Positions 29,062 through 37,950 are shown, counted from the first letter of the stretch. The stretch is DNA of 64,000 nucleotides from Gammaproteobacteria bacterium AqS3 (GCA_001750645.1 MEIF01000005.1:11776-75775), one strand, 5' to 3'. The notes: generated by a model from the sequence alone, not told the origin. Translations and numbers: made by a program.

Positions 29062-29670
29062 TCATTTCCGCTGCACCCCGGCCATGTCGGCTTCGATAAA
29101 TTTTGTGAGTCCGCACTCTTGCTCATATCCCCCCCACCGAGCCTCAAAACCGGCCCGCATGATCATCTTTCTGGCCACGGTATCCGCTATCACTTCATAA
29201 GCCGGAACGTCGCAATCTGAGCCCGCCATGGGTCTTTCAAAATTTGGATCATCGGCAAGTTTCTTGCTGGTCAGAACATGCGCCAGCTCGTGGGCGATGA
29301 CAAAGGCACAGCTGCCCTCTGAGCGTTGGCAGGACTGTGCAAAGATCTTGAATGAATTCCTTCCCACTCTGTGGAGCCCTCCCAGATTCCCCTTCTTCTG
29401 GTGGGAAAAATACATCTTCGGTCTCTTCTTCTTGGCCTTGAACAGATCGGCATTGGCCGCCCAAACCTTGTCATAGACATCAAAAGCCATTTGCTTGACC
29501 TCTTCTTTGGAGAGTATTCGAGGCTCGGCGACGACGGCCTCGTCAATGTTCTCCATTGCCTCGCCGTCTTCCTGAGAGGCACCGGGCACAGCCGCCAGCC
29601 CCAGCAGAGCAGCCATCAGAATGACAGGCACTCTCCCCAAGTGCCCCGGCTTCATGTCAAAGTCAATCAT
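29062..29670 (-). CDS. Small exported HExxH protein, paralogue 2
   Basis: Signal peptide ...VILMAALLGLAAVPGA. Shared blocks are KVWAANADLF, CAFVIAHELAH, CDVPAYEVIADTVARKMIMRAGF and GGYEQEC. An alternative start is MKPGH at 29655. Confidence 0.75.
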   Translation of the reverse strand: MIDFDMKPGHLGRVPVILMAALLGLAAVPGASQEDGEAMENIDEAVVAEPRILSKEEVKQMAFDVYDKVWAANADLFKAKKKRPKMYFSHQKKGNLGGLHRVGRNSFKIFAQSCQRSEGSCAFVIAHELAHVLTSKKLADDPNFERPMAGSDCDVPAYEVIADTVARKMIMRAGFEARWGGYEQECGLTKFIEADMAGVQRK

Positions 29671-29697
29671 TTTTCCCCCGCTTGCTTGAAGGACTGT

Positions 29698-30357
29698 CTA
29701 TTCTGTCGATGCACTCGGCGGCGATGGCTGCGCACTCTCGGCCATCTTCTCTTGCTCGCCATCCGCCTCGGCCTGCTCGCTCATCTTCATCTTGGCTTTT
29801 TCCTCTTCGGTCTTTTTCTGAGCCTTGGCCCAGTCGGGCAGTGGATATTTGACCCCGCCGCAGCGATATTCATAAGTCCCGATGTGACCCTTAAAGCCGG
29901 CGCGCTCGGCCATCCTCCTGCCCACGGCATCGGCTCTGAGCTGATTGATCGGCACGCCGCACTCGGCCTTCTCCGGCTTGAGCTTGGGCTTGGGCTTGGG
30001 CGGGGCATCAAAGTTGGGGACAGCGCCGCGCGGATTGGCGCGTCTGTATTCAAGCAGGTGCGCCAGCTCGTGGGCGATGACGTGGGCGCACCATTCATGG
30101 CTGTGGCCGGGTTCACAGGCCGGGGCATAGATCTGGATCGAGGACCTGCGCACCCTGCCCGTGTTGTAGCCCTTGCGCTGATCTGACATTCTCAGCCCGG
30201 GCTTGCGCGCCTTTTCGCCAAACATATCAAGGTTGGCATTCCAGATTTTGTCCAGAAAGTCCTTGGCTTTTTCCTCTGTCGGATCGACATCCTGCTGCTG
30301 AGCCAGTCCCAAACTCGCCGAAAGCAACAGCAGCACCCAAAAGATCGCTCTATTCAT
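29698..30357 (-). CDS. Small exported HExxH protein, paralogue 3 (with KP-rich insert and acidic tail)
   Basis: Signal peptide MNRAIFWVLLLLSASLGLA. Shared blocks are KIWNANLDMF, CAHVIAHELAH, CGVPINQLRADAVGRRMAERAGF and GTYEYRC. The start is at 30357. The track ORF start at 30537 would overlap paralogue 4. Confidence 0.75.
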   Translation of the reverse strand: MNRAIFWVLLLLSASLGLAQQQDVDPTEEKAKDFLDKIWNANLDMFGEKARKPGLRMSDQRKGYNTGRVRRSSIQIYAPACEPGHSHEWCAHVIAHELAHLLEYRRANPRGAVPNFDAPPKPKPKLKPEKAECGVPINQLRADAVGRRMAERAGFKGHIGTYEYRCGGVKYPLPDWAKAQKKTEEEKAKMKMSEQAEADGEQEKMAESAQPSPPSASTE

Positions 30358-30482
30358 TCCTGCCTTTGCGTTCCCGCGCTCTCGGTGGGGCCGTATGTTA
30401 CGCACCGCCCGCAACCTCTGCAACTGAACCGAGAACGATCCGCCCTCTGTCTCCGGCATCGGGCGGCTTTGGACAGGCGAAA

Positions 30483-30986
30483 TCAGTTCGTCCAAGGCTC
30501 GATTGCATCGGAGGAGATGAAGTCCCTTATGCCGCACTGTTCCTCATAGGCGCCGAGGTGCGCTGCAAAGCCGGCTCGCACCGCCATCTCCCTGCCCATG
30601 ACATCGGCGAGCAGTTCGTAGACCGGAACTCTGCAGTCCGAGATCACGAATCTTCGGTCGGGGGTTTTGTAAATCCTGTTCAGGATGTGCGCCAGCTCGT
30701 GCGCGATGACGTGCGCACACCAGGCATCGCTCTGCCGGCAAACCCACTCGTGAATCTTGATCGAGTTGCGCTTGGTGCTACCGGCAATGCTGTGATCTTT
30801 TGTGCGGCTTACCCGCAGTTTGGGCTTGTCCCTGTCCTTGAACAGATGCGCATTGGCCCGCCAGATCTTCTCAAAAACCGCTCTGGCATTATGCTGTGCA
30901 GGATGCCCGCCCCGACCCGTGCATGCAGACAGCGACAGCAACAGCGAGAACAACAGCGGCAGCAGCAGGCCGGTCAGACGACTCAT
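30483..30986 (-). CDS. Small HExxH lipoprotein, paralogue 4
   Basis: MSRLTGLLLPLLFSLLLSLSAC carries a lipobox (LSAC). Shared blocks are KIWRANAHLF, CAHVIAHELAH, CRVPVYELLADVMGREMAVRAGF and GAYEEQC. GGAG lies 5 nt upstream of ATG 30986. Confidence 0.75.
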   Translation of the reverse strand: MSRLTGLLLPLLFSLLLSLSACTGRGGHPAQHNARAVFEKIWRANAHLFKDRDKPKLRVSRTKDHSIAGSTKRNSIKIHEWVCRQSDAWCAHVIAHELAHILNRIYKTPDRRFVISDCRVPVYELLADVMGREMAVRAGFAAHLGAYEEQCGIRDFISSDAIEPWTN

Positions 30987-31107
30987 TTGGCTCCATTTCG
31001 GATCGTCTGCGGCCTGCATCTTACGACCTGCCAAGTCGGCAAAAACGACTCAAGCGGGCTGCATATATATAGTTACAGGTAGATTCGATAATAATCAGGT
31101 GGTTTCC

Positions 31108-31929
31108 ATGGATATCGGGATGTTCACTGTCAATAACTCGGGGTTTTGCGTCGGGCTGGATCCGTCAACTGAGTTGCTCCGCAGCTGGGGGCTTGACGAA
31201 GATGTCAGGGGCTTGGAAGCCTTTGGCGAGATCGTCATCACGGCTCTGCAGCTGGCTCCGGCTCCGGTCAAGCTGCAGGCGGCGTTTTACGAGCAGCACG
31301 GCGCTCGGGGCATTGCCGAACTGCAGCGCATCATTCGGAACCTGTCGCAGTCCGGCTGCCCGGTCATCCTCGACGCCAAGCGGGGCGACATCGCCAGCAC
31401 CGCCGCTGCCTATGCGCGCGCCTGGATGGGGATGGACAGCACCAGCCCGGTTCATGGAATCACCGTGGTGCCGTGGCTCGGGCTGGACGCTCTGGCGCCC
31501 TTCTTTGAGCTGGCTCGCGGGGATCACGCCGTGGTCTTTGTCGTGGTGCGCTCGTCCAATCCGGACGGCGCTCCGCTGCAGCTGGCCAGGCAGGGCGGCG
31601 GGGAGAGCAATGCCGAATGGCTGTGCGATGCCATCGCCCAGATCAACCGCGACGGACTGTGCGCGGGAGCCGTGCTCGGGGCGACGCAGAGAAAGGAACT
31701 CGCCCCGCTGCTCGACCGGCTCAATGGTGCACCGGCGCTGACTCCGGGGGTCGGTGCGCAGGGGACGCGCATGGACGAGCTGGCACAGAGTGTGGGACAT
31801 CACTACTCATCCCTGATCGTCCCGATGTCGCGCCACTGGATGATGCACGGACCGGATCCGAAAAACCTGGCTCAGGCAACCCTCGACTTTCAGCGGCAGG
31901 ATGCCGCACTGCGCAGTTACCAGTCTTGA
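31108..31929 (+). CDS. pyrF: Orotidine-5'-phosphate decarboxylase, type 2
   Basis: FCVGLDPS...VKLQAAFYEQHG...VILDAKRGDIASTAAAYA blocks are typical of the long (type 2) PyrF. AGGTGG precedes ATG 31108. Confidence 0.85.
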   Translation: MDIGMFTVNNSGFCVGLDPSTELLRSWGLDEDVRGLEAFGEIVITALQLAPAPVKLQAAFYEQHGARGIAELQRIIRNLSQSGCPVILDAKRGDIASTAAAYARAWMGMDSTSPVHGITVVPWLGLDALAPFFELARGDHAVVFVVVRSSNPDGAPLQLARQGGGESNAEWLCDAIAQINRDGLCAGAVLGATQRKELAPLLDRLNGAPALTPGVGAQGTRMDELAQSVGHHYSSLIVPMSRHWMMHGPDPKNLAQATLDFQRQDAALRSYQS

Positions 31930-32124
31930 TGCGGGGGTGTTGAACAGACGGCCGGTCGACCGCTTGACCATCCGCCGCCCGCAGGCAAGCTGACTTCCGG
32001 TGCGTCAGTCGGCGGGCGGGCGCTCCAATTCGGCAGCGTGCTGCTGCACCGCTGTGACGGTGAACTTCCAGCACCGCACAATGAAATTTCTGTGTTTGTC
32101 GATTGAGATTTTCTCGGTTTAAGA

Positions 32125-33180
32125 CTACGACTGCTCGGCGTTGATCTGCTCGAGTGCGTCGAGACCGGGAAACAGCTCATCCTGGCCGAGCTGATTCAGC
32201 GGGGTCGCCACCGTGCGGTTGACGGTGTGCAGGTCGGGCAGTTCGGTGTCGAGGTAGAGCAGGCCTGTCAGCATGCGCCCGGCATCCTGGGCGCGGTTCA
32301 TCGCCGCCAGCGCTGCGGTCTTGTCATCGAGCGCACCGGCATCCTTGCCGACCTTCTCGAGCAGCAGCTCGGAGCCGTCGTGCAGATGCACCTTCTGCAC
32401 CTCCCCCTCCGCATAGTCGATCTCTATGGCGGACTGGTGCGGGACGAAATCCAGCGCCCCGGCCACGTCAATGTGCTCCCTGGCGTAGTCGTAGCTCTTG
32501 GTGGATGCAGGCGTGTTGTTGAAGGTCACGCAGGGGGAGATGACATCGAGAAAGGCAAAGCCGCGGTGGGCGATGGCAGTCTTGAGCAGCTGCACCAGCT
32601 GGCTCTTGTCGCCCGAAAAACTGCGCCCGACCAGCGACGCCCCGCTCTGCAGCGCCAGGGCGCACAGGTCGAGGCCGTAGAGCTCGGTGGCGACGCCGGT
32701 CTTGCTGACCGATCCCAGGTCGGCGGTCGCCGAGTCCTGCCCCTTGGTCAGGCCGTAGCAGCCGTTGTTCTCGACCAGGTAGAGCATGTCGAGGTTGCGC
32801 CGGGCCGCGTGGATGAACTGCCCCATGCCGATCGAGGCCGTGTCGCCGTCGCCGGAGATGCCGATGTAGAGCAGGTCGCGGTTGCCCAAAATCGCCCCGG
32901 TGGCGACCGAGGGCATGCGTCCGTGCACGGAATTGAAGCCGTGCGAGTGATTCAGAAAATAGTTGGGGGTCTTGGACGAGCAGCCGATGCCGGAAAACTT
33001 TCCGACCCGGTGCGGCTCGACATCCATCTCAAAGCAGGCCTGGACGATGGCGGCGCTGACCGAGTCATGGCCGCAGCCGGCGCACAGCGTCGAGAGCGCA
33101 CCCTCGTAGTCGGAGCGCCGCAGCCCGAGGCCGTTGGCACCCTGCTCGGGGTGGCGGAAGTTGGGGGCGATGAAGCTCAT
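32125..33180 (-). CDS. korB: 2-oxoacid:ferredoxin oxidoreductase, beta (TPP-binding) subunit
   Basis: CAGCGHDS..., GIGCSSK and GDGDTASIGMGQF (TPP motif GDG...). It overlaps the korA stop by 4 nt. Confidence 0.9.
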   Translation of the reverse strand: MSFIAPNFRHPEQGANGLGLRRSDYEGALSTLCAGCGHDSVSAAIVQACFEMDVEPHRVGKFSGIGCSSKTPNYFLNHSHGFNSVHGRMPSVATGAILGNRDLLYIGISGDGDTASIGMGQFIHAARRNLDMLYLVENNGCYGLTKGQDSATADLGSVSKTGVATELYGLDLCALALQSGASLVGRSFSGDKSQLVQLLKTAIAHRGFAFLDVISPCVTFNNTPASTKSYDYAREHIDVAGALDFVPHQSAIEIDYAEGEVQKVHLHDGSELLLEKVGKDAGALDDKTAALAAMNRAQDAGRMLTGLLYLDTELPDLHTVNRTVATPLNQLGQDELFPGLDALEQINAEQS

Positions 33181-35033
33181 GCGGCGACGTCCTCCTTGTC
33201 CAGCACCTGAATGCCGGTGCGCCTCAGTATCCGCTGCATCTGCTCGGCAATGGTGTTGGCCGGGATCGGCATGCCGTCGTAGTGCAGCACCGGGTGGATC
33301 AGCCCGGGGGCGATCTCCAGCTCGTTGACGAGCAGCGTGCGCATCTGCGCATCCCGGTTCTGCTCGATGAGCATGACGGTGCGGTGCCTGGCGATGAACT
33401 CGCCGACATTGGGCGAGAACGGGAACGCCCGCAGCCGCAGCACATCGATGGGCACGTCAAAGCCGCGCACCGCCTCCAGCGTGGAGAGCAGGCTGGTGCC
33501 GTAGCAGATCAGCCCGATTTCGGCCTCGCCATCGCCGTGCTCAAGAGTGGCCTCGGGCACCAGGGTCTTGATGGTCTCCCACTTGCGCAGCAGCCGCTCC
33601 ATGTTGTCGGAATAGGCTTCCGACCGCTCGGTGTAGGCGGCGTAGCGGTCGCGGGAGGTGCCGCGCGTGAAGAACGCCCCCTTGTCCGGATGCGACCCGG
33701 GCCAGGTGCGCCAAGCGATGCCGTCGCCGTCGACATCCAGGTAGCGCCCGTAGCGCTCGCTGAGATTTTCCAGCGCATCGGCGTCGAGCACCTTGCCCCT
33801 GTCGTAGCTGCGCCCCTCGGGCCATGCCAGCGGCGCCGACAGATACTCGTTCATGCCGAGATCCAGATCCACCATGACGAGCACCGGCGTCTGTGCCCGA
33901 TCAGCCAGGTCAAAGGCGTCGGCCATGGCCGTGAAGCACTCGGCCGGATCCGAGGGAAACAGCAGCGGATGCTTGGTGTCGCCGTGCGAGGCGTAGGCCG
34001 ACAGCAGCACATCGGACTGCTGCGTGCGCGTCGGCATGCCGGTCGAGGGGCCGGCGCGCTGGACGTTGACCACGACTGCGGGAACCTCGGCGAAATAGGC
34101 CAGCCCGAAGAATTCATTCATCAGCGAGATGCCCGGACCCGAGGTGGCGGTGAAGCCGCGCGCACCATTCCAGTTGGCCCCGATCACCATGCCCAGGGCG
34201 GCGAGCTCGTCCTCGGCCTGAATGACGGCATAGCGTTTTTCGCCGTCCTCGGTGCGGCGCAGCCGCCGGCAATAGGCCTCAAAGGCCTCGGCGACCGAAG
34301 TCGACGGGGTAATCGGATACCACGCCATCACCGTGGCCCCGGCGTAGACCGCCCCCAGCCCCAGGGCGCTGTTGCCGGTCATCAGAATGCGCTCGGAGGC
34401 GGGCTCGAGCTCCCGGATCTTGAGCCCGCAGCTGTCCGAACCGTAGTGCTGCCGCACGTAGTCGTGACCCAGATCGAGCGCCAGGGCATTGGCGTCGATG
34501 AGCCTCTCCTTGCCGGCGAACTGCCTGGCCAGCTGCCCCTTGATGCGGTCCAGATCCATCCCGAACAGCGCCGCCAGCGCCCCGACATAGACGGTATTGC
34601 TGAGCAGCTGACGCTGGCGCATGTCGCTGAAATGATCGGCGCTCAGCGCCGTGAGCGGAACCCCGTAGTGGGTGATGTCCTCGCGGGCGAAGTGCTGCGG
34701 CAGCTGCTTGGTCGAGTCGTACAGGAAGTATCCGCCGGGACGCACCTGGGCGTAGTCCGCCTCAAGGCTCTGCGCGTTGACCCCGACCATGATGTCAATG
34801 TCGCCGCGCCGCCCCAGATGTCCGGCCTCGCTGATGCGCACCTCGAACCACGTCGGCAGACCCTGGATATTGGAGGGAAAAATATTCTTCGGGGCGACCG
34901 GGACCCCGCCTGCGAACACCGCCTTGGCAAACAGCGCATTGGCGCTCGCCGATCCGGTGCCGTTGACATTGGCGATGCAGACGACGAACTCGTTGACGGC
35001 CGAGAGCGGCGCCGTCACAGAACGCTGACCCAC
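33177..35033 (-). CDS. korA: 2-oxoacid:ferredoxin oxidoreductase, alpha subunit (fused gamma-alpha type)
   Basis: 618 aa. N-terminus is IANVNGTGSASAN, with central MTGNSALGLGAVYAGATVMAWYPITPST and TATSGPGISLM blocks. Confidence 0.9.
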   Translation of the reverse strand: MGQRSVTAPLSAVNEFVVCIANVNGTGSASANALFAKAVFAGGVPVAPKNIFPSNIQGLPTWFEVRISEAGHLGRRGDIDIMVGVNAQSLEADYAQVRPGGYFLYDSTKQLPQHFAREDITHYGVPLTALSADHFSDMRQRQLLSNTVYVGALAALFGMDLDRIKGQLARQFAGKERLIDANALALDLGHDYVRQHYGSDSCGLKIRELEPASERILMTGNSALGLGAVYAGATVMAWYPITPSTSVAEAFEAYCRRLRRTEDGEKRYAVIQAEDELAALGMVIGANWNGARGFTATSGPGISLMNEFFGLAYFAEVPAVVVNVQRAGPSTGMPTRTQQSDVLLSAYASHGDTKHPLLFPSDPAECFTAMADAFDLADRAQTPVLVMVDLDLGMNEYLSAPLAWPEGRSYDRGKVLDADALENLSERYGRYLDVDGDGIAWRTWPGSHPDKGAFFTRGTSRDRYAAYTERSEAYSDNMERLLRKWETIKTLVPEATLEHGDGEAEIGLICYGTSLLSTLEAVRGFDVPIDVLRLRAFPFSPNVGEFIARHRTVMLIEQNRDAQMRTLLVNELEIAPGLIHPVLHYDGMPIPANTIAEQMQRILRRTGIQVLDKEDVAA

Positions 35034-36835
35034 TTGATCGGCTCGGTCGGCTCCTCCCTGGCCTGGGTGACGTGGTAGAGAAACTTCTGCATGTCCCAGG
35101 CGTAGGTCGGGCAGCGCTCGGCGCAGAGCCCGCAGTGCAGGCAGAGGTTCTCATCCTTGACCATGACGCGCCCGGTCTTGAGGCCGTCGGCCAGGTAGAG
35201 CGGCTGCGTCGGCTCGAGCGCCGGCGCCGTCAGGCGGGTGCGCAGCTCCTCCTCGCTCTGGGCCGGTTCGGTGAAGGTGATGCAGTCGGTCGGGCAGACA
35301 TCGACGCAGGCGTCGCACTCGATGCAGCGCGGGGCGTCGAACACGGTCTGGACATCGCAGTTGAGGCAGCGCTGCGTCTCGGCGTAGCCGATCTCGGCGG
35401 CGAACCCCAGCTCAACCTCGACGGTGCGATCCTCCAGCGAGCGATCCTTGTCGGCCTTGGGGACGACGTGCCGGATGTCGTCGGAGACCGGGCTGTCGTA
35501 GCTCCACTGGTGAATCCCCATGCGCTGCGAGCCCTGCTGCACCGTCGGCAGCGGCCGTGCGCGGACGTCCCGGTCACGGCACAGCAGGTCGATGGAAATC
35601 GCCGCCTGATGACCGTGGGCGACCGCGGTGATGATGTTCTCCGGACCGAAGGCCGAGTCGCCGCCAAAGAACACGCGCTCATGGCCGCAGCCGAAGGTGG
35701 CCCGATCCACCACCGGCATGTCCCACTCATCAAATTCAATGCCCAGATCGCGCTCGATCCAGGGGAAGCTGTTGTCCTGGCCGATCGCGATCAGCACGTC
35801 GTCGCAGTCGATCCGCACCGGGTCCAGACCCTCGATCGGCACCAGCGAGCGCCTGCCGTCCTCGGCGTAGACCGCCTCGATGCGGGTGAAGGTCACGGCC
35901 TTGAGGACACCGTCCTCGACGATGAACTCCTTCGGGACGTGGTTGTCGAGGATGGGGATGTCCTCCTCCATCGCATCCTCCTTCTCCCAGGGCGACGCCT
36001 TCATGTTTGAGAACGGGCTGCGCACCACCACCTTGACGTCCTCCCCGCCCAGGCGGCGCGAAGTGCGGCAGCAGTCCATGGCGGTGTTGCCGCCGCCGAG
36101 GACGACCACCCGGCGACCGATCCGGCTGGTGTGGCCGAATGCCACCGAGGCCAGAAAGTCGATGCCGATCTGAATGTTGGCCGCCCCCTCGCTGCGTCCG
36201 GGAATCTCGAGGTCGCGCCCCCGGGGCGCCCCGGTGCCGACGAATACCGCATCGTAGTCCTGGGACAGAACCTCGGCCAGGCTGTCGATGCGGCGGTTGA
36301 AGTGCGTCACGACCCCCAGGTTGAGGATCTGGTCAACCTCCTCCATCAGCACCCGCTCGGGCAGGCGGAAGGCCGGGATCTGACTGCGCATCATGCCGCC
36401 GCCCTTTTTCTGGTCGTCGAAGAGGTGCAGCTCATAGCCCAGGATGGCCAGGTCGCGCGCCACCGTCAGCGAGGCCGGACCGGCTCCGATCAGGGCGATC
36501 TTCCTGCCGTTGAACTCGCCGGGAGCGCTCGGCAGCATGCGCCCCACGTCGCCCTTCAGATCGGCGGCGACGCGCTTGAGCCGGCAGATCGCCACCGCCT
36601 CCTCGCCGTCGCCGAGACGCCCGCGGCGGCAGGCCGGCTCGCACGGGCGGTCACAGGTTCTCCCCAGGATTCCCGGAAACACATTGGACTCCCAGTTGAC
36701 CATGTAGGCCTCGGCATAGCGCTGCTGTGCAATCAGACGGATGTACTCGGGCACCGGCGTGTGCGCCGGGCAGGCGTATTGGCAGTCAACCACTCGGTGA
36801 AAGTACTCGGGGTCTTCAATATTGGTCGGTCGCAT
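35015..36835 (-). CDS. GltD-like FAD/NAD(P)H oxidoreductase with N-terminal Fe-S Cys motifs and a C-terminal 2x[4Fe-4S] ferredoxin domain
   Basis: MRPTNIEDPEYFHRVVDCQYACPAHTP..., RTCDRPCEPAC, dinucleotide folds IALIGAGPASL and VVVLGGGNTAMDC, and C-terminal CLNCDV...CIECDACVDVCP and CLHCGLCAERCP. The start is at 36835. The track ORF start at 36976 is a GC-rich upstream extension. Confidence 0.8.
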   Translation of the reverse strand: MRPTNIEDPEYFHRVVDCQYACPAHTPVPEYIRLIAQQRYAEAYMVNWESNVFPGILGRTCDRPCEPACRRGRLGDGEEAVAICRLKRVAADLKGDVGRMLPSAPGEFNGRKIALIGAGPASLTVARDLAILGYELHLFDDQKKGGGMMRSQIPAFRLPERVLMEEVDQILNLGVVTHFNRRIDSLAEVLSQDYDAVFVGTGAPRGRDLEIPGRSEGAANIQIGIDFLASVAFGHTSRIGRRVVVLGGGNTAMDCCRTSRRLGGEDVKVVVRSPFSNMKASPWEKEDAMEEDIPILDNHVPKEFIVEDGVLKAVTFTRIEAVYAEDGRRSLVPIEGLDPVRIDCDDVLIAIGQDNSFPWIERDLGIEFDEWDMPVVDRATFGCGHERVFFGGDSAFGPENIITAVAHGHQAAISIDLLCRDRDVRARPLPTVQQGSQRMGIHQWSYDSPVSDDIRHVVPKADKDRSLEDRTVEVELGFAAEIGYAETQRCLNCDVQTVFDAPRCIECDACVDVCPTDCITFTEPAQSEEELRTRLTAPALEPTQPLYLADGLKTGRVMVKDENLCLHCGLCAERCPTYAWDMQKFLYHVTQAREEPTEPIKWVSVL

Positions 36836-36972
36836 TTGCCTCGTCCGGACGTCCTTGCGCTGCCTGACCCCTGCAAACGGGGGCGATATTACTACACGAC
36901 AAGCCCTGCAACCCGCCGCGCCCGTTTTTGCGCATCGACCCCCGCAGCGCACCGGGCAGCCTTTCGACCGGT

Positions 36973-37950
36973 TCAATAGCCATGAATATCGCCGTAGTGG
37001 GATCCGATCGCGGGACGGCCGAGCAGGGCGCGCGCCAGTCCCGCGACAAAGCCGGCGGCGTCGATACCCGAGGCAAACGTCCTGCCCAGCGTAACCGGCG
37101 CCAGCAACAGGTAAGTCCCCGCGTGCAGCAGCTTGAAGGCGATCACGGGCAGCGCCAGCAGCACGCCCAGGGAGGCGCGCACGCGCTTTTGATAGCGCAG
37201 CTGCACGCTCTCGCGCTTGAGGCGGTAGCGGTAGCGGACGCTCAGCCGGCTGGCCGGGATCATCTGATACGCCAGCGACCGCGGGGCCTGAACCAGCACA
37301 GCGCCGGCCTTGAGCAGCCGCACCATCAGGTCGTGATCCTCGCCGCGCCCCAGCCCGACCGACTCGTCAAAGCGCAGATCGTGACGCCGCAGAAACTCCA
37401 GCCGGCACAGCCAATTGCCGGTGCTGCCCCGGGGCCGCACCGTGATCAGGCCGTGCTCGCCCCGCCTGCGAATGTTTTTGCGCCCCAGACGGCGGCGCTC
37501 GCGAAGCTGACTGTCGCGCAGCCGCTCGGCCGACAGCCAGCGCCCGAACAGCCCCTGCGGCCCCGGCTCGGCAATGCGATCGCGCACCAGGCCGCAGACC
37601 AGATCGGCGTCGAATTCGCCCTGTGCTGCCAGCAGCTCGACTATCCAGCCCTCATCGGCGACCTCGTCGTCGTCGATGAAGGCGAGAAAGTCGCAGCCCA
37701 GCTCCAGCGCCTTGTGCAGCGCCCGATTGCGCGCCCGGGCGATGCCCCGCACCGGCTCGTGCAGTGCGTGAACCGGGCGGGCGGTGCGCTCTGCAAAGGC
37801 CTGGCAGGCCGGCTCGATATTCAGGGCGTCATCGTTTTCGACAAAAATGAAGTCGATGCGGATGTCGTCGGGAATCCGCAGCCGCAGCAGCGATTCAAGC
37901 AGGGCGGCAAACATCTCCGGGCGACGGCAGGTCAGGGCGGCAATGGCCAT
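36973..37950 (-). CDS. Family-2 (GT-A) glycosyltransferase, copy A, with C-terminal TM helices
   Basis: MAIAALTCRRPEMF...IDFIFVENDD...ARNRALHKALELGCDFLAFIDDDE (DxD). It is paralogous to copies B and C. An alternative GTG start lies at 37959. Confidence 0.8.
   Translation of the reverse strand: MAIAALTCRRPEMFAALLESLLRLRIPDDIRIDFIFVENDDALNIEPACQAFAERTARPVHALHEPVRGIARARNRALHKALELGCDFLAFIDDDEVADEGWIVELLAAQGEFDADLVCGLVRDRIAEPGPQGLFGRWLSAERLRDSQLRERRRLGRKNIRRRGEHGLITVRPRGSTGNWLCRLEFLRRHDLRFDESVGLGRGEDHDLMVRLLKAGAVLVQAPRSLAYQMIPASRLSVRYRYRLKRESVQLRYQKRVRASLGVLLALPVIAFKLLHAGTYLLLAPVTLGRTFASGIDAAGFVAGLARALLGRPAIGSHYGDIHGY

Noticed and set aside
31975-32019. GC-rich nested hairpin (CCGCCCGC...GCGGGCGG with inner CTGAC...GTCAG) between the convergent pyrF and korB genes, a possible bidirectional terminator.
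   Set aside because: There is no U-tract on either side and the outer stem encloses a long loop. It is plausible but not supportable as an intrinsic terminator from sequence alone. A similar GC hairpin at 45285-45314 after the second acyl-CoA dehydrogenase gene was not called for the same reason.
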